Shown in pieces: positions 62,742 to 64,000 of a stretch of DNA of 64,000 nt; position 1 is the first letter of the stretch, and every line of letters begins with the position of its first letter. The position numbers and the translations under genes were made by a program. Source of the DNA: a bacterium (GTDB lineage Bacteria; UBA8248; JACPRG01; G963555815). Under the pieces are notes generated by a model that saw only the letters and a list, made by a program, of their open reading frames with translations, ran no database searches and was not told the origin of the DNA. The DNA is taken from contig CBDHDG010000004.1 of assembly GCA_965261595.1 (NCBI GenBank), positions 416,001 to 480,000 of the forward strand, given 5' to 3'.

Positions 62742-64000
62742 TTAGAGGGTCTCTACGACCTCTCCGATCGCTTGATCGAGAGCGTCCACAATGACATCCG
62801 CCTGCTCCGCGGTCAAAATCAGGGGCGGCGAAATCGTCAAAATATCTCCGACGTTTCGGAAAATGACACCCAATTCCTCCACCCGCGTCCGCACCCTTCC
62901 CCCGACTTCGCCCGGTTTGTCGAAAGGCTTCTTCGCGGACCGGTCCCGGACGAGCTCGACCCGCGCCAGGAGGCCGAGACCGCGCACATCCCCGACGATG
63001 GAATGCTTTTCCAGCTCCTTGAGGCGGTTCAACAGGTGGGCGCCGACCTGGGCGGCGTTTCCGGGCAGGTCCTCGTTCTCGACGATCGCAAGAGTCGCCA
63101 AAGCCGCCGCCGCGGCCGCCGCGTGGCCGCTGTACGTGTTGCCGTGACGGAAATCCTTCCCATCTCCCGGGGTCCCCAGAAACGCCTGATAGATCTCTTC
63201 GGTGCACATCGTGGCGCCCATGGGGACATATCCGCTCGTCAGCCCTTTGGCGAAGCACATGATGTCCGGCTGAATCCCGTACGTCCGGCTGCCGAACCAG
63301 GTCCCGGTCCGGCCGAAGCCGGTGATGACTTCATCGGCGATGAAGAGGACATCGTTCTTCGTGCAGATCTCCCGGCATTTCTTCAGGTAGGTTTCGGGCG
63401 GGATGATGACGCCCGCGGCCCCCATGATGGGCTCGGCGATGAAGGCGGCCACGCTGTCCGCCCCCTCGAAGGCGATGGCGGCGCGGAGCGCGTCCGCCGC
63501 CGCCTCGGAGACCTCTTCCTCCGAGAGGCCCTCGCCGAAATCGTTTCTGTAGCAGTTGGGCTCGGCGATGTGGCGGAACCCGGGCAGAAGCGGCTCGAAC
63601 ATCCGGCGGTTGGCCGTCATGCCAGACGCCGATAAGGCCCCGAACGTGACGCCGTGATAACCGTTTCTGCGTCCGATGACCTTGAATTTCCCCTCCTTCC
63701 CGAGGTTCCTCCAATACTGGCGCACCATCTTGAGGGCGGTCTCGACGGCCTCGGAGCCGCTGTCCGAATAGAATACCTTCCCCATCCCTTCGGGCGCGGC
63801 CAGCTCCTTGAGCCTTTCCCCCAGCTCGATGGCCGGCTGGTTCGAGTAACCCAGGAACATGCTGAAATAGGCCATCTTCTTCATCTGTTCATGGACGGCT
63901 TCGATCACCTCCTGACGGCCGTAACCGACGTTGACCAGCCAAAGACTCGCGTGGGCGTCGAGGTACTTCCTGCCCGAGGCGTCGTAGAGGTAGCACCCCT
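62742..64000 (-). CDS. Class III PLP aminotransferase (5' end outside window)
   Basis: SGSEAVE, GYHG, FIADEVITGFGRTG, FAKGLTSGY, HGNTYSGH. Confidence 0.92.
   Translation of the reverse strand, partial: GCYLYDASGRKYLDAHASLWLVNVGYGRQEVIEAVHEQMKKMAYFSMFLGYSNQPAIELGERLKELAAPEGMGKVFYSDSGSEAVETALKMVRQYWRNLGKEGKFKVIGRRNGYHGVTFGALSASGMTANRRMFEPLLPGFRHIAEPNCYRNDFGEGLSEEEVSEAAADALRAAIAFEGADSVAAFIAEPIMGAAGVIIPPETYLKKCREICTKNDVLFIADEVITGFGRTGTWFGSRTYGIQPDIMCFAKGLTSGYVPMGATMCTEEIYQAFLGTPGDGKDFRHGNTYSGHAAAAAAALATLAIVENEDLPGNAAQVGAHLLNRLKELEKHSIVGDVRGLGLLARVELVRDRSAKKPFDKPGEVGGRVRTRVEELGVIFRNVGDILTISPPLILTAEQADVIVDALDQAIGEVVETL

Overview
GC-rich bacterial genomic window with two parts. (1) About 1-20 kb is an accessory, eroded region. 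It holds an IS481 remnant, several pseudogenes, a frameshifted Calx-beta-repeat autotransporter-like adhesin, an outer-membrane beta-barrel, a small 18-aa-repeat secreted protein and remnants of a conjugative element (RecD2-like helicase, RHH protein, DUF2493/SLOG protein), broken up by IS3, IS110 and IS407-like pieces. (2) About 20-64 kb is a dense catabolic region, apparently for N-heterocycles, nucleobases and aromatics. It encodes a cyclic amidohydrolase, an isochorismatase-family hydrolase, two Mo-hydroxylases, NMT1- and BMP-type binding proteins, three cytosine-deaminase-like enzymes, VOC dioxygenases, FAH, UbiD, a TPP enzyme, cyclase, SDR, M20 and a class III aminotransferase, plus hemY. 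Recent mobile elements are four near-identical copies of a 1404-bp IS3-family element with a non-canonical left end, one intact IS256 with an 8-bp TSD, and two copies of a 2.3-kb composite IS1380 unit bounded by two left ends, each with a 5-bp TSD. The most unusual items are that composite IS1380 unit, a catalytically dead caspase domain fused to a clan GH-A glycoside hydrolase, a structured IS110 left end (bridge-RNA candidate) and widespread pseudogenisation suggesting early genome erosion. The adhesin style resembles marine or sponge-associated bacteria (inference only). All family calls come from motif recognition by eye, not database searches.
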